DNA from: an uncultured Sphingomonas sp.
GTDB taxonomy: Bacteria; Pseudomonadota; Alphaproteobacteria; Sphingomonadales; Sphingomonadaceae
Assembly (NCBI RefSeq): GCF_964021865.1
Contig: NZ_CAXIAM010000011.1
Location: 1,087-65,086 of the forward strand
Reading direction: 5' to 3'
DNA: 64,000 bases
The notes beneath the pieces are model-generated. The model had not been told where the DNA came from, ran no database searches, and was given only the letters and a program-made list of their open reading frames with translations. The translations under genes were made by a program, and so were the position numbers. Shown in pieces: positions 1 through 8,021 of this stretch; position 1 is the stretch's first letter, and each line of letters begins with the position of its first letter.

Positions 1-75
1 ACGGTCCTTACCCGAGGCCGGTGTCGCCATAACGGTTCCCAGCACCAGTGCTGAAAGCATCAACTTGTTGTGCAT
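1..75 (-). CDS. N-terminal 25 codons of an exported protein; gene runs off the window start
   Basis: ATG at 73-75 (minus) with GGAGGG a few nt upstream. Translation MHNKLMLSALVLGTVMATPASGKDR looks like a Sec signal peptide. Function unknown. Confidence 0.4.
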   Translation of the reverse strand, partial: MHNKLMLSALVLGTVMATPASGKDR

Positions 76-122
76 TCCACCCTCCTGTGAAGCCGCCGAG
101 CCAATTAGCGCGTTACGGTTTT

Positions 123-150
123 GTGACATTAAGGTGTCATTTATTTGACA
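123..150 (-). promoter_or_regulatory. Three 11-bp-phased hexamers GTGACA / GTGTCA / TTGACA (Pho-box-like or overlapping inverted repeats), with possible -10 CTAATT at 103-108
   Basis: Read directly in the only A+T-rich patch upstream of the ATG at 75. Phasing is exactly 11 bp. Confidence 0.3.
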
Positions 151-332
151 TATCCGCAAGTGGGATTGATGCGTCAGTTTAGGACGGCGAATTGATTGCG
201 CGGGCGAGTGCTTAATGCGGTGAGGCTCGGGTCCAGACCGCCTACCACCACCAGGGCGAGATCCCGACGACGTAGGCTAGCCGGAGTCCGTAAGGAGCGG
301 ATCGAACACACCCACTCTGCCAGATGAAGCGC

Positions 333-363
333 AACGAAAAAGGGCGGCCCCGCAGGACCGCCC
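333..363 (-). terminator. Rho-independent terminator of the exbD operon
   Basis: Minus strand reads GGGCGGTCCTGCGGGGCCGCCC followed by TTTTTCGTT, about 35 nt after the exbD stop at 397. Confidence 0.6.
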
Positions 364-396
364 ATCATCGTTCAGAACGACCAATCGCCGCAGCGA

Positions 397-825
397 TCAG
401 AAATCCTTATAATATTGCTCGTTTCCGACGAAGCCGAGCTTCGTGACGTTCGAGCGCTTGATGTCAGCCAGCGTCTGGTCGACCACGTCGTAGCGGGTCG
501 CGGGATCCGGCTGGAACTGGAGTTCCGGCTCGGGGCTCATCGCCGCCGACTGATCGAGATACTGGCGCAGCACGGTCGAATTGACCGGCGTGCCGTTCCA
601 GGTGATCCCGCCCGCCGCGTCGATCGCAATCTTGTTCTTGATTGGATCGACCGGCGGCTTCTGCGCCTTCGGATCGTTGACCGGCAGGTCGACCTTCACC
701 GCATGCGTCGGGACCGGAAGGGTGATGATGAACATGATGAGGAGCACGAGCATGACGTCGATCAACGGCGTCGTGTTCATGTCCATCATCGGCTCGCCGT
801 CATCGCGGCCTGCACTCATTGCCAT
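397..825 (-). CDS. exbD: Biopolymer transport protein ExbD/TolR (paralog 2)
   Basis: MAMSAGRDD...MDMNTTPLIDVMLVLLIMFIITLP is a typical ExbD N-terminus and TM helix. ATG at 823-825 chosen; the upstream Arg-rich extension of the track ORF is rejected. Confidence 0.9.
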   Translation of the reverse strand: MAMSAGRDDGEPMMDMNTTPLIDVMLVLLIMFIITLPVPTHAVKVDLPVNDPKAQKPPVDPIKNKIAIDAAGGITWNGTPVNSTVLRQYLDQSAAMSPEPELQFQPDPATRYDVVDQTLADIKRSNVTKLGFVGNEQYYKDF

Positions 826-841
826 GTCAGCTACTCCTCGC

Positions 842-1312
842 TCAGGCGCCGCCGCCCTTGGGCTGCGAAATGAACCCGACCTTGGCGAAGCCGGCCATCT
901 GCATGTTGTAGATCGTTCCCGCAACGCAGCGCCACGGCGTGCCGATGTCGGCGCGGACGTGCGCTTCGGGTAGTTCGAGGTCCGGGTTGCCCGGACCGCC
1001 CTGACGATCGATCTCGGTCTTCAGCTTGGCGACCGCGCGATCCAGCAGCTCCTGATGGGTCACCGGGGTGATGCCCCAATAGACCTGGCAGGTGCCGTTG
1101 TTGCCCAGCACCGAAAGCGAGACGTTCTCGGGCTTGGTCGTGGTCGGGTCGAAGACGACGCTGGGCAGCTTGATGCCCTTCACCGTCTGGATGGCGACCG
1201 GCACCGCGATCAGGAAGATGATGAGGAGCACCAGCATGACGTCCACGAGGGGCGTCGTGTTGATGTCCGACATCGGTTTTTCAGCGGAATCCCCGCCAAC
1301 GCTCATCGCCAT
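842..1312 (-). CDS. exbD: Biopolymer transport protein ExbD/TolR (paralog 1)
   Basis: SDINTTPLVDVMLVLLIIFLIAVP motif. Lies downstream of exbB in the same orientation. Confidence 0.9.
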   Translation of the reverse strand: MAMSVGGDSAEKPMSDINTTPLVDVMLVLLIIFLIAVPVAIQTVKGIKLPSVVFDPTTTKPENVSLSVLGNNGTCQVYWGITPVTHQELLDRAVAKLKTEIDRQGGPGNPDLELPEAHVRADIGTPWRCVAGTIYNMQMAGFAKVGFISQPKGGGA

Positions 1313-1384
1313 CAGGCTATCCTATTCTGTCGTTCCGCCGCTCCAGGCCGCCGGGCGGCACCGATGCGACGGCAGGTGATCGAC

Positions 1385-1407
1385 GGGGCCGCCGCGATGA
1401 CGGCCCC
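1385..1407 (-). other. Intercistronic GC hairpin between exbB and exbD (7-bp stem GGGGCCG/CGGCCCC, no U tract)
   Basis: Seen 16 nt downstream of the exbB stop. Function (processing or stability) is speculative. Confidence 0.3.
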
Positions 1408-1422
1408 GCTTATCCCTTCGCC

Positions 1423-2217
1423 TTACGGGCGGGTCTGCACGCCACCGGCCTGGCCGGCGGTCGTGGTCGCCCCGACCGGCTTGGCCGGCGCCTTCGCAGT
1501 GGTGGTCGTGCCGATCGCCGGCCGGACCGCACCGTTCGAGGCGAGGAAGCCCAGCACGTCGTTCGAGAAGGCCGACAGGTCTTCCGCGATCGACTTGTTG
1601 CGGCGCTGCAGCCAGTTGTAGGCCAGCACCGCCGGGACGGCGACAACGAGGCCGAGCGCGGTCATGATGAGCGCCTCACCGACCGGACCCGCGACCTTGT
1701 CGATCGACGGATCGCCCGACGCGCCGATCTTGATCAGCGCGCGGTAGATGCCGACCACGGTGCCGAACAGACCGATGAACGGCGAAGTCGCGCCGACGGT
1801 CGCGAGGAACGCCAGACCGCCGCCGAGCTTCGAGTTGATCGCGGCTTCCGAACGCGCCAGCGAACCGTGCAGCCAGTCGTGCGCCTCGACCGGATCGGTC
1901 AGCTTCGAGTGCTGCTCCTGCGCGGCCAGGCCGTCATCGACCAGCTGCTTGTAGGCCGAGTTCTTCTCCAGCTTCGCCGAGCCTTCGCGCAGCGAGGTGC
2001 TGTTCCAGAAGTTCGACCGGACGCGCTTCGCCTGGTTGATGATCTTCTGCTGCTCGAACAGCTTCGAGAAGAGGATGTAGAACGACACAACCGACATGAT
2101 CACCAGAATGGTGAACACCGATTGCGAGATGATGCCGCCTTCCTTCAGCGCCTGCTGCAGGCCGAACTGGTTCTCGGCTGCCGCGGTCCCACCCGCGGCG
2201 AGGATGTTGATGATCAT
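1423..2217 (-). CDS. exbB: MotA/TolQ/ExbB proton channel protein
   Basis: Three TM segments and a conserved ...ATSPFIGLFGTVVGIYRAL...GPVGEALIMTALGLVVAVPAVLAYN core. Confidence 0.92.
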   Translation of the reverse strand: MIINILAAGGTAAAENQFGLQQALKEGGIISQSVFTILVIMSVVSFYILFSKLFEQQKIINQAKRVRSNFWNSTSLREGSAKLEKNSAYKQLVDDGLAAQEQHSKLTDPVEAHDWLHGSLARSEAAINSKLGGGLAFLATVGATSPFIGLFGTVVGIYRALIKIGASGDPSIDKVAGPVGEALIMTALGLVVAVPAVLAYNWLQRRNKSIAEDLSAFSNDVLGFLASNGAVRPAIGTTTTAKAPAKPVGATTTAGQAGGVQTRP

Positions 2218-2287
2218 TCGGTGTCTTCCTTAAGCCAGATAAGTTGTCGGCCGGCGATGGTGGTCCGCGCGGCCAGGGTCACGCGGA

Positions 2288-2962
2288 TCAATTCTGTGGC
2301 AGCACCCATCGCACCGGCAGCGTGTAGCTGGAGACGATCGGATTGCCGCCCGCATCTTGCGCGGGCGAGAAACGCACGCGGCTCTTGGCGATGCGACAGG
2401 TCGCCTGGTCGAGCGCCGAGGAGTTGCTCGACGTGGTGACCACGCAATCGGTGACGCGCCCGTCGGTGCCCACCGTCAGCTTCGCGACGACACGCCCCTG
2501 CTCCTCGGCGCGGATGGCCGAAGGCGGATAGTTGTCGGCACCGAAGAACTGGCCGGGGTTACCCTTCAGACCGGCAGCCTTGCTGACCGCAGGCGGCGCC
2601 GGCGGGGCAGGCGGCGCAGGCGGCGCAGGCGGCGCGACCGTCGGCGTGGCCACATAGACCGGCGGCGGGGTCGGCACCGTCGCGACCGTCACGGGCGGCG
2701 GGTTCGGATTCTGCACGATCGGCGGCGGCGACACCACGGGCGGCGGCGTCATCGGCGTGTCGGGCGGCGGGGGCGGCGGCTCCTCCGGCGGCGGGGGCGG
2801 TGGCTCCTCGACGTCGAACGTGTTCAGCTTCTCGACCTGCTTCTTGACGAAATTCGTCGCGAGGCCGGTTATGAAGGCATAGCCAAGGGCAACGTGGATC
2901 AGCGCGACGATTACCAGCGCGCCAACCTTGCCCCCGCTCATCTTCTGGTCAGAATAGGCCAT
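2288..2962 (-). CDS. tonB: Energy transducer TonB
   Basis: N-terminal TM anchor, Pro-rich linker (EEPPPPPP x2, APP x5), and a C-terminal TonB domain (YPPSAIRAEEQGRVVAKLTV...). Confidence 0.9.
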   Translation of the reverse strand: MAYSDQKMSGGKVGALVIVALIHVALGYAFITGLATNFVKKQVEKLNTFDVEEPPPPPPEEPPPPPPDTPMTPPPVVSPPPIVQNPNPPPVTVATVPTPPPVYVATPTVAPPAPPAPPAPPAPPAVSKAAGLKGNPGQFFGADNYPPSAIRAEEQGRVVAKLTVGTDGRVTDCVVTTSSNSSALDQATCRIAKSRVRFSPAQDAGGNPIVSSYTLPVRWVLPQN

Positions 2963-3186
2963 TCAGCAACGAAACTCCCTCATCCTGCGGCCCGTGGCGT
3001 GACCGGATCGGAATCCGGCCGGGTTGTTTACCTTTCCGTAGCGCCCAATAGGCTACCACAGACACACAAGTCCTATCGCGCGCCTTTTGGGAGCGCAAAC
3101 GCTTTGTCGGACGCAACAAACGTACAGCCGGACTGCGACGTTTTTATTTCTGTATCGTTTGTGCGGCCGCGTCTATCCCATGCGGT

Positions 3187-4080
3187 ATGACGAAGCGCAT
3201 TTTTTTCCTGTTTTCCGCCGCCGCGTTGCTGAGCCCGGTGGCCGCCTCTCGCCCCAGCCTGGCGCAGCAAGGGCCGGCTGCCACGTCGACCGCGCCGGAA
3301 CTCGGCTATGCCGACCTCGCCGATCTGGTGATCGCCAGCCCGTTGGTCGTGGACGCCACGATTCGGTCCGCCTCGCGAATCAAGGGCGCAGAGGCCGCCG
3401 GCCTGGCGCCCGGCAAAGCACGTTTCTACGTCGAAGCGGATGTGACGACCCTAGTGCGCGGCGCCACCGCGATCCCGGCGAGGGTCGGCTGGGTGGTCGA
3501 TGTCGCGCCGGACTGGCGGGGCCGTGTGCCGTCGCTCAAGAAGCGCCGCGTGCTTGCCTTTGCACGTCCCGTTGCGGGACAGGCGGGTCAAATCCAGTTG
3601 GTCGAGCCCGGCGCGCAGCATGACTGGAGCGCCGCGCTGGAACAGCGCGTGCGTGCCGTCGCATCCGAGATCGCCGCGCCGGACGCGCCGCCGGTCGTCA
3701 CCGACATCGGCAACGCCTTCCACGTTCCCGGCGCGCTGCCCGGCGAGGGCGAGACGCAAATCTTCCTGCGCACGCGCGACAATCGCCCGGCAGCCCTGTC
3801 GATCCTGCGCCGCCCCGGCGAGCAGCCGCGCTGGTCGGTCGCGCTGAGCGAGATCATCGACGATTCGGCCCCGACGCCGAAGCGCGATACCTTGCTCTGG
3901 TATCGCCTCGCCTGCGCGCTGCCCGCGACGCTGCCGGAGCGCAGCACCGCCTCGCTCGGGCCGGACGACGCGACGCAGGCGCAGGCCGATTACGCCTATG
4001 TGATCGAGCAGCTCGGCCCCTGCCGCGCTGCACCGCCGGCCGCCGCCGCGCCGGTCAGCGCCGATGCCGGACCAAGGTGA
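3187..4080 (+). CDS. Secreted hypothetical protein
   Basis: Signal peptide MTKRIFFLFSAAALLSPVAASRPSLAQQ. High GC3 coding pattern. No recognisable domain. Confidence 0.7.
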   Translation: MTKRIFFLFSAAALLSPVAASRPSLAQQGPAATSTAPELGYADLADLVIASPLVVDATIRSASRIKGAEAAGLAPGKARFYVEADVTTLVRGATAIPARVGWVVDVAPDWRGRVPSLKKRRVLAFARPVAGQAGQIQLVEPGAQHDWSAALEQRVRAVASEIAAPDAPPVVTDIGNAFHVPGALPGEGETQIFLRTRDNRPAALSILRRPGEQPRWSVALSEIIDDSAPTPKRDTLLWYRLACALPATLPERSTASLGPDDATQAQADYAYVIEQLGPCRAAPPAAAAPVSADAGPR

Positions 4081-4435
4081 TGCCGATCGCCTCCCCCGCC
4101 TCGGCGATGGCGAGTTTGACGATCTTCACCTTGACGCGCCGGACGCGCTGATCCTGCAGGAACAGCGTCTCGGCGATATGATCCGCCACTGCTTCGATCA
4201 GCGTGAAATGCCCGGCCGTCGACAGCGCGTCGGTCGCGGCATGTTTCAGATCGAGATAATTCTTCGATGCCGACAGCGGCGTGTCCGGCGCATAATGCGC
4301 CGGCGCGTCGAGCAACACCGTCAGCGAGATCCGCAGCGGCTGCGGCAGGTGCGTCTCTTCGGAATAAATGCCGGTCAGCACCTGCACCTCAAGGTCGTGA
4401 ACCTCGAGTTCGAGCGTGTCGGGGGCGAAGCTCAT
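4055..4435 (-). CDS. folB: Dihydroneopterin aldolase
   Basis: 126-aa product LEVHDLEVQVLTGIYSEETHLPQPLRISLTV...FTLIEAVADHIAETL is FolB-like. ATG at 4433-4435 overlaps the GST stop. Confidence 0.85.
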   Translation of the reverse strand: MSFAPDTLELEVHDLEVQVLTGIYSEETHLPQPLRISLTVLLDAPAHYAPDTPLSASKNYLDLKHAATDALSTAGHFTLIEAVADHIAETLFLQDQRVRRVKVKIVKLAIAEAGEAIGITLVRHRR

Positions 4436-5064
4436 GCGGCGGCACTCGGCCGCGCCGTGGCAGCATCGTACCAGCGCCGCGCATGCGCCGCCTCGTCCGG
4501 TAACGCCAGCTTCGCGGCGCGCGCGAAATCGACCGTCACCATTGCGGTGATATCGGCGAAGCTGTAGCGATCCCCCGCCAGCCACTCGCTCGCCGCCAGC
4601 CGTGCATCCAGTGTGTCGACGAAGGTTCGCCACATAAGCCGCCCGCGTTCGGCAAGCGCCGGGATCTGTTCGAGTCGCGGCCAATGCCCCGCCTCGGCGT
4701 GGCCATGAAAGCGCGCGGCCGTATTGCGCAGCGCGTAGACGACGCCGGTATACCCCTCCGCCTCGACACGGCGCGTCCACGCCGCCACCCGCGCGATCTC
4801 CACCGGGCGGGTGCCGAACAGGGGCGGCTCGGGATGCAGCGCCTCGAAGAACCGGCAGATCGCGGTCGAATCGCCGATCACCTCGCCATCGTCCAGCTGC
4901 AGCGCGGGCACCGTGCCGCGCGGATTGATGGCCAGGAACGCCGGTGCCAGATGCTCGCCGGTCTGAAGGTCGATGGCGACACGCTCGACGGAGATCGCCT
5001 TCTCGGCCAGATAGATGCGCACCCTGCGCGGGCTGGGCGCGCGCTCGGTGTCATAAAGCTTCAT
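4432..5064 (-). CDS. Glutathione S-transferase
   Basis: MKLYDTERAPSPRRVRIYLAEKAISVERVAIDL...GTVPALQLDDGEVIGDSTAICRFFE (thioredoxin-like N-domain) plus a GST C-domain. Confidence 0.88.
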   Translation of the reverse strand: MKLYDTERAPSPRRVRIYLAEKAISVERVAIDLQTGEHLAPAFLAINPRGTVPALQLDDGEVIGDSTAICRFFEALHPEPPLFGTRPVEIARVAAWTRRVEAEGYTGVVYALRNTAARFHGHAEAGHWPRLEQIPALAERGRLMWRTFVDTLDARLAASEWLAGDRYSFADITAMVTVDFARAAKLALPDEAAHARRWYDAATARPSAAA

Positions 5065-5154
5065 TCGGTCAACCCGGTTGCGTTCGATCGCCACCCCGCT
5101 AAAGCGCCCGCGCCCGGGCGTCCACCTCGATCGCGGGCGGGAGGAAGCACAGGC

Positions 5155-5658
5155 GTGATCCAGATGGTGCCGATCGCCGCGGTTGCCGATGCGGCCGTGG
5201 AGCAGTTGCTCGACCGCGCGTTCGGCCACGACCGCCACGCGCGCACCGCCTATCGGCTCCGCGCCGGGACGCAGGCGATCCCGGCGCTGAGCTTCGCGCT
5301 GATCGAAGGCGACGTCCTGCTCGGCTCGATCCAATGCTGGCCGGTCCAGTTGGAGAGTGACAACGGGGGCGTGTGGCCGCTGGTCCTGGTCGGCCCCGTC
5401 GCGATCATCCCCGAGCGGCAGCAGGAGGGGCTGGGCCGACGGCTGATGGAGGCCGCCCTCGCCGCCGCCGAGGGCGGCCCGCCGCTAATGCTGATCGGGG
5501 ATCCCGAATATTATGGCCGCTTCTTCGGCTTCGACGCGGCCGCGACCGCCGAGTGGCGGCTGCCCGGCCCGGTCGAACGCCATCGCCTGCTCGCGCGCGG
5601 CACGAACGTGCCCGCCAGCGCCGGCCTGCTCGGCCCGCGCCGCCACGCGCTCGCCTGA
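5155..5658 (+). CDS. GNAT family N-acetyltransferase
   Basis: LVGPVAIIPERQQEGLGRRLMEAAL is the acetyl-CoA binding motif. GTG at 5155 follows GGGAGGAAG; the ATG at 5164 is an alternative start. Confidence 0.8.
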   Translation: MIQMVPIAAVADAAVEQLLDRAFGHDRHARTAYRLRAGTQAIPALSFALIEGDVLLGSIQCWPVQLESDNGGVWPLVLVGPVAIIPERQQEGLGRRLMEAALAAAEGGPPLMLIGDPEYYGRFFGFDAAATAEWRLPGPVERHRLLARGTNVPASAGLLGPRRHALA

Positions 5659-5686
5659 CCTTTACCCCACGCCACCCGCACCCTAG

Positions 5687-6256
5687 GTGAGCGCGATGCC
5701 GATGGCGCCGCCTCCCGACTTCGACACGCTGACCATCGCCGACATCGCGCGGCTTGCCGACGGCGACCGGCTGCCGCCGGTGGAGCACTGGAACCCCGCG
5801 CATTGCGGCGACAGCGAGATGCGGATCGCGCGTGACGGGACATGGTATCATCAAGGCGCACCGATCACGCGCCCGGCGATGGTTCGCGCGTTCAGCCGCA
5901 TCCTGCGCCGCGAGCCCGATGGCGGTTATGTGCTGGTTACACCGGTCGAAAAGCTCGACATTGCCGTCGAAGACGCGCCGTTTGTCGCGCTCGAGATGAA
6001 GGCGGCGGGGGAAGGCCGCGACGCGACGCTCGCCTTCAGGCTCAACACCGGCGAGGTCGTCACCGCCTCCGCGACGCATCCGTTGCGTCTGGAGGAGCGG
6101 GATGACGGGCCCCGTCCCTACGTGCACGTGCGCGGCGGGCTGGAGGCGCTGATCGCGCGACCGGTCTTCTACGAACTCGCCGAGCGCGCGCTGACCGGCG
6201 ACGGCGCCACGCCCGGCGTGTGGAGTGCCGGCACGTTCTTCGCGCTGCAACCGTGA
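5687..6256 (+). CDS. DUF1285 domain-containing protein
   Basis: PPVEHWNPAHCGDSEMRIARDGTWYHQGAPITRPAMVRAFSRIL is characteristic of DUF1285 (recognised from memory). Confidence 0.85.
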   Translation: MSAMPMAPPPDFDTLTIADIARLADGDRLPPVEHWNPAHCGDSEMRIARDGTWYHQGAPITRPAMVRAFSRILRREPDGGYVLVTPVEKLDIAVEDAPFVALEMKAAGEGRDATLAFRLNTGEVVTASATHPLRLEERDDGPRPYVHVRGGLEALIARPVFYELAERALTGDGATPGVWSAGTFFALQP

Positions 6257-6837
6257 CGTTGGCCGAGCGGCTCGCCGCCGCGCTGACCGGCGACTCGGCA
6301 CCGATGGTGACGGGCGACGACCACGACCATCCCGCCGATGCGGTGCTCACTCCCGCCGCGGTACTGGTCGCGATCACCGACCGCGCCGCCCCCGGCGTGC
6401 TGCTGACTCAGCGCACCGAGACGTTGCGCCGCCACGCCGGCCAGGTCGCCTTCCCCGGCGGGCGGCTCGACCCGGGCGAGGATGCGATCATCGCGGCACT
6501 GCGGGAGGCCGAGGAGGAGATCGCTCTGCCGCGCGCGGCAGTGAACGTGATCGGCATCGCCGATCCGTATCGCACCGGGACCGGCTATGCGATTACGCCC
6601 GTCGTCGGGATCGTGCCCCCCGACCTGCCGCTGGTGGCGAGCGAAGCCGAGGTCGCCGCGGTGTTCGAGGTCCCGTTGGCCTTCCTGCTGGATCCGGCGA
6701 ATCAGCGCGCAGCGCGCGCGGTCTATCAGGGGCGCGAGCGCCGCTACGTGGAGATGATGTGGAACGACCGACGGATCTGGGGCGCGACGGCGGGGATGAT
6801 CGTGAACCTGTCGCGGCGGCTGCAATGGCCGGCATGA
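6253..6837 (+). CDS. CoA pyrophosphatase (Nudix hydrolase)
   Basis: Nudix box GGRLDPGEDAIIAALREAEEEIAL. GTG at 6253 overlaps the DUF1285 stop (GTGA). Confidence 0.85.
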   Translation: MTLAERLAAALTGDSAPMVTGDDHDHPADAVLTPAAVLVAITDRAAPGVLLTQRTETLRRHAGQVAFPGGRLDPGEDAIIAALREAEEEIALPRAAVNVIGIADPYRTGTGYAITPVVGIVPPDLPLVASEAEVAAVFEVPLAFLLDPANQRAARAVYQGRERRYVEMMWNDRRIWGATAGMIVNLSRRLQWPA

Positions 6838-8021
6838 CGCTGCCCGACGCACCGTGGCGCGCGCGCCCGGGGCTCGACGGGTTGATCGCGGCGCTCGACG
6901 GGTCGAGAGGCATGGCACGCTGGGTCGGCGGTGCGGTGCGCGATTCGCTGCTTGGGTTGCCGGTCGCCGACATCGATCTGGCCACGCGCTTTCCACCCGA
7001 CGAGGTCGTGCGGCGGCTAGAAGCGGCCGGGATCAAGGCAGTGCCGACCGGGATCGCGCACGGCACCATCACGGCGGTCAGCGACGGAACTGTCGTCGAA
7101 GTCACGACGCTGCGCCGCGACGTGGCCACCGACGGGCGGCACGCCGTGGTCGCTTTCTCCGACGACTGGCGCGAGGATGCGGCACGGCGCGATTTCACGA
7201 TGAACGCGCTCTACGCCGATCCGCTGACCGGCGAGCTGTTCGACTGGTTCGGCGGACTCGCCGATCTCGCCGAGCGGCGCGTGCGCTTCATCGGCGATCC
7301 TTATCGCCGCATCGCCGAGGATCACCTGCGGATCTTGCGCTTCTTCCGCTTTCACGCCCGCTTCGGCGATGCGATCGACGCCGATGGGCTGGCGGCGTGC
7401 GTCGCGCGTGCCAACGACCTGATGGCGCTTAGTCGTGAACGGATCGCCGCCGAGTTGCTCAAGCTGTTGGTCGCGCCCGCCGCGGTTCAGGTCGTCACCC
7501 TGATGGAGGCACGCGGAATTTTCCGGCCCGTCCTGCCGGAGATCGATGCCGAGGGTGTCGAACGGCTGACCGAACTGGCCGCACGCGAGGCGGCGGCGGG
7601 CGTCGCACCCGATGCGATTCGGCGGCTTGCCGCGCTGGTCGCGCCATCGGCGGCCGAGGCGGTCGGCGCGCGGCTGAAACTGTCGAACAACGATCGCAAG
7701 CGTCTGATCCAGGCCACTGCCGGACCGGGTGGCGAGGGTGCGCGCGCGCTCGGCTACCGCGCCGGGACCGAAAGCGCGATCGACCGGCTGCTGCTCGCCG
7801 GGGCCGACCCCCGCGAGCTCATCGGCTGGGAGCGCCCGACGCTGCCGATCGGCGGCGGTGCGCTGGTGGCACGCGGGCTGGCGAAGGGGCCAGACGTCGC
7901 GCGGACACTGCGCGCGGTTGAGGATCGCTGGATTGCGGAAGGCTTTCCTGCGGCGGACCGCGCCGACGCGATCGCCGACGAAGCCGTCGATCAGGCGTTG
8001 CGCTCGCGCAGGAACGCATAG
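6834..8021 (+). CDS. cca: CCA tRNA nucleotidyltransferase / poly(A) polymerase family
   Basis: GGAVRD, DIDLAT and RRDFTMNALY motifs. ATG at 6834 overlaps the Nudix stop (ATGA); the ATG at 6825 is an alternative start. Confidence 0.85.
   Translation: MTLPDAPWRARPGLDGLIAALDGSRGMARWVGGAVRDSLLGLPVADIDLATRFPPDEVVRRLEAAGIKAVPTGIAHGTITAVSDGTVVEVTTLRRDVATDGRHAVVAFSDDWREDAARRDFTMNALYADPLTGELFDWFGGLADLAERRVRFIGDPYRRIAEDHLRILRFFRFHARFGDAIDADGLAACVARANDLMALSRERIAAELLKLLVAPAAVQVVTLMEARGIFRPVLPEIDAEGVERLTELAAREAAAGVAPDAIRRLAALVAPSAAEAVGARLKLSNNDRKRLIQATAGPGGEGARALGYRAGTESAIDRLLLAGADPRELIGWERPTLPIGGGALVARGLAKGPDVARTLRAVEDRWIAEGFPAADRADAIADEAVDQALRSRRNA

Noticed and set aside
205-214. GAGTGCTTAA resembling one arm of the HrcA CIRCE operator (TTAGCACTC-N9-GAGTGCTAA)
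   Set aside because: It has an extra T and no complementary arm 9 nt upstream, and no chaperone gene is nearby. I found no CIRCE element near hrcA-grpE in the window either.
229-242. GGGTCCAGACCGCC weakly resembling a cobalamin riboswitch B12 box
   Set aside because: It sits on the + strand, where no gene lies downstream. Other conserved B12 elements such as GCCACTG are absent.
299-307. GTTCGATCC (minus strand) resembling a tRNA/tmRNA T-loop
   Set aside because: The flanking 5-mers cannot pair as a T-stem, and no acceptor stem or CCA context could be built.
174-368. 64-aa ORF on the minus strand downstream of exbD
   Set aside because: It starts inside the terminator hairpin (342-363), has no RBS, and its product is an Arg/Pro/Leu-rich translation typical of random high-GC frames.
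2591-2810. Short tandem repeats as a possible CRISPR or minisatellite locus
   Set aside because: They lie in frame inside tonB, have no spacers, and encode the Pro-rich linker.
6225-6833. Long N-terminal extensions of track ORFs (6225-8021, 13831-15543, 16441-17373, 33632-35350, 38421-40505, 41882-43654, 58876-60306, 4684-5658)
   Set aside because: The extensions overlap the preceding gene in another frame and are Arg-rich low-complexity. The recognisable domain begins at an internal start codon, often one that overlaps the upstream stop.
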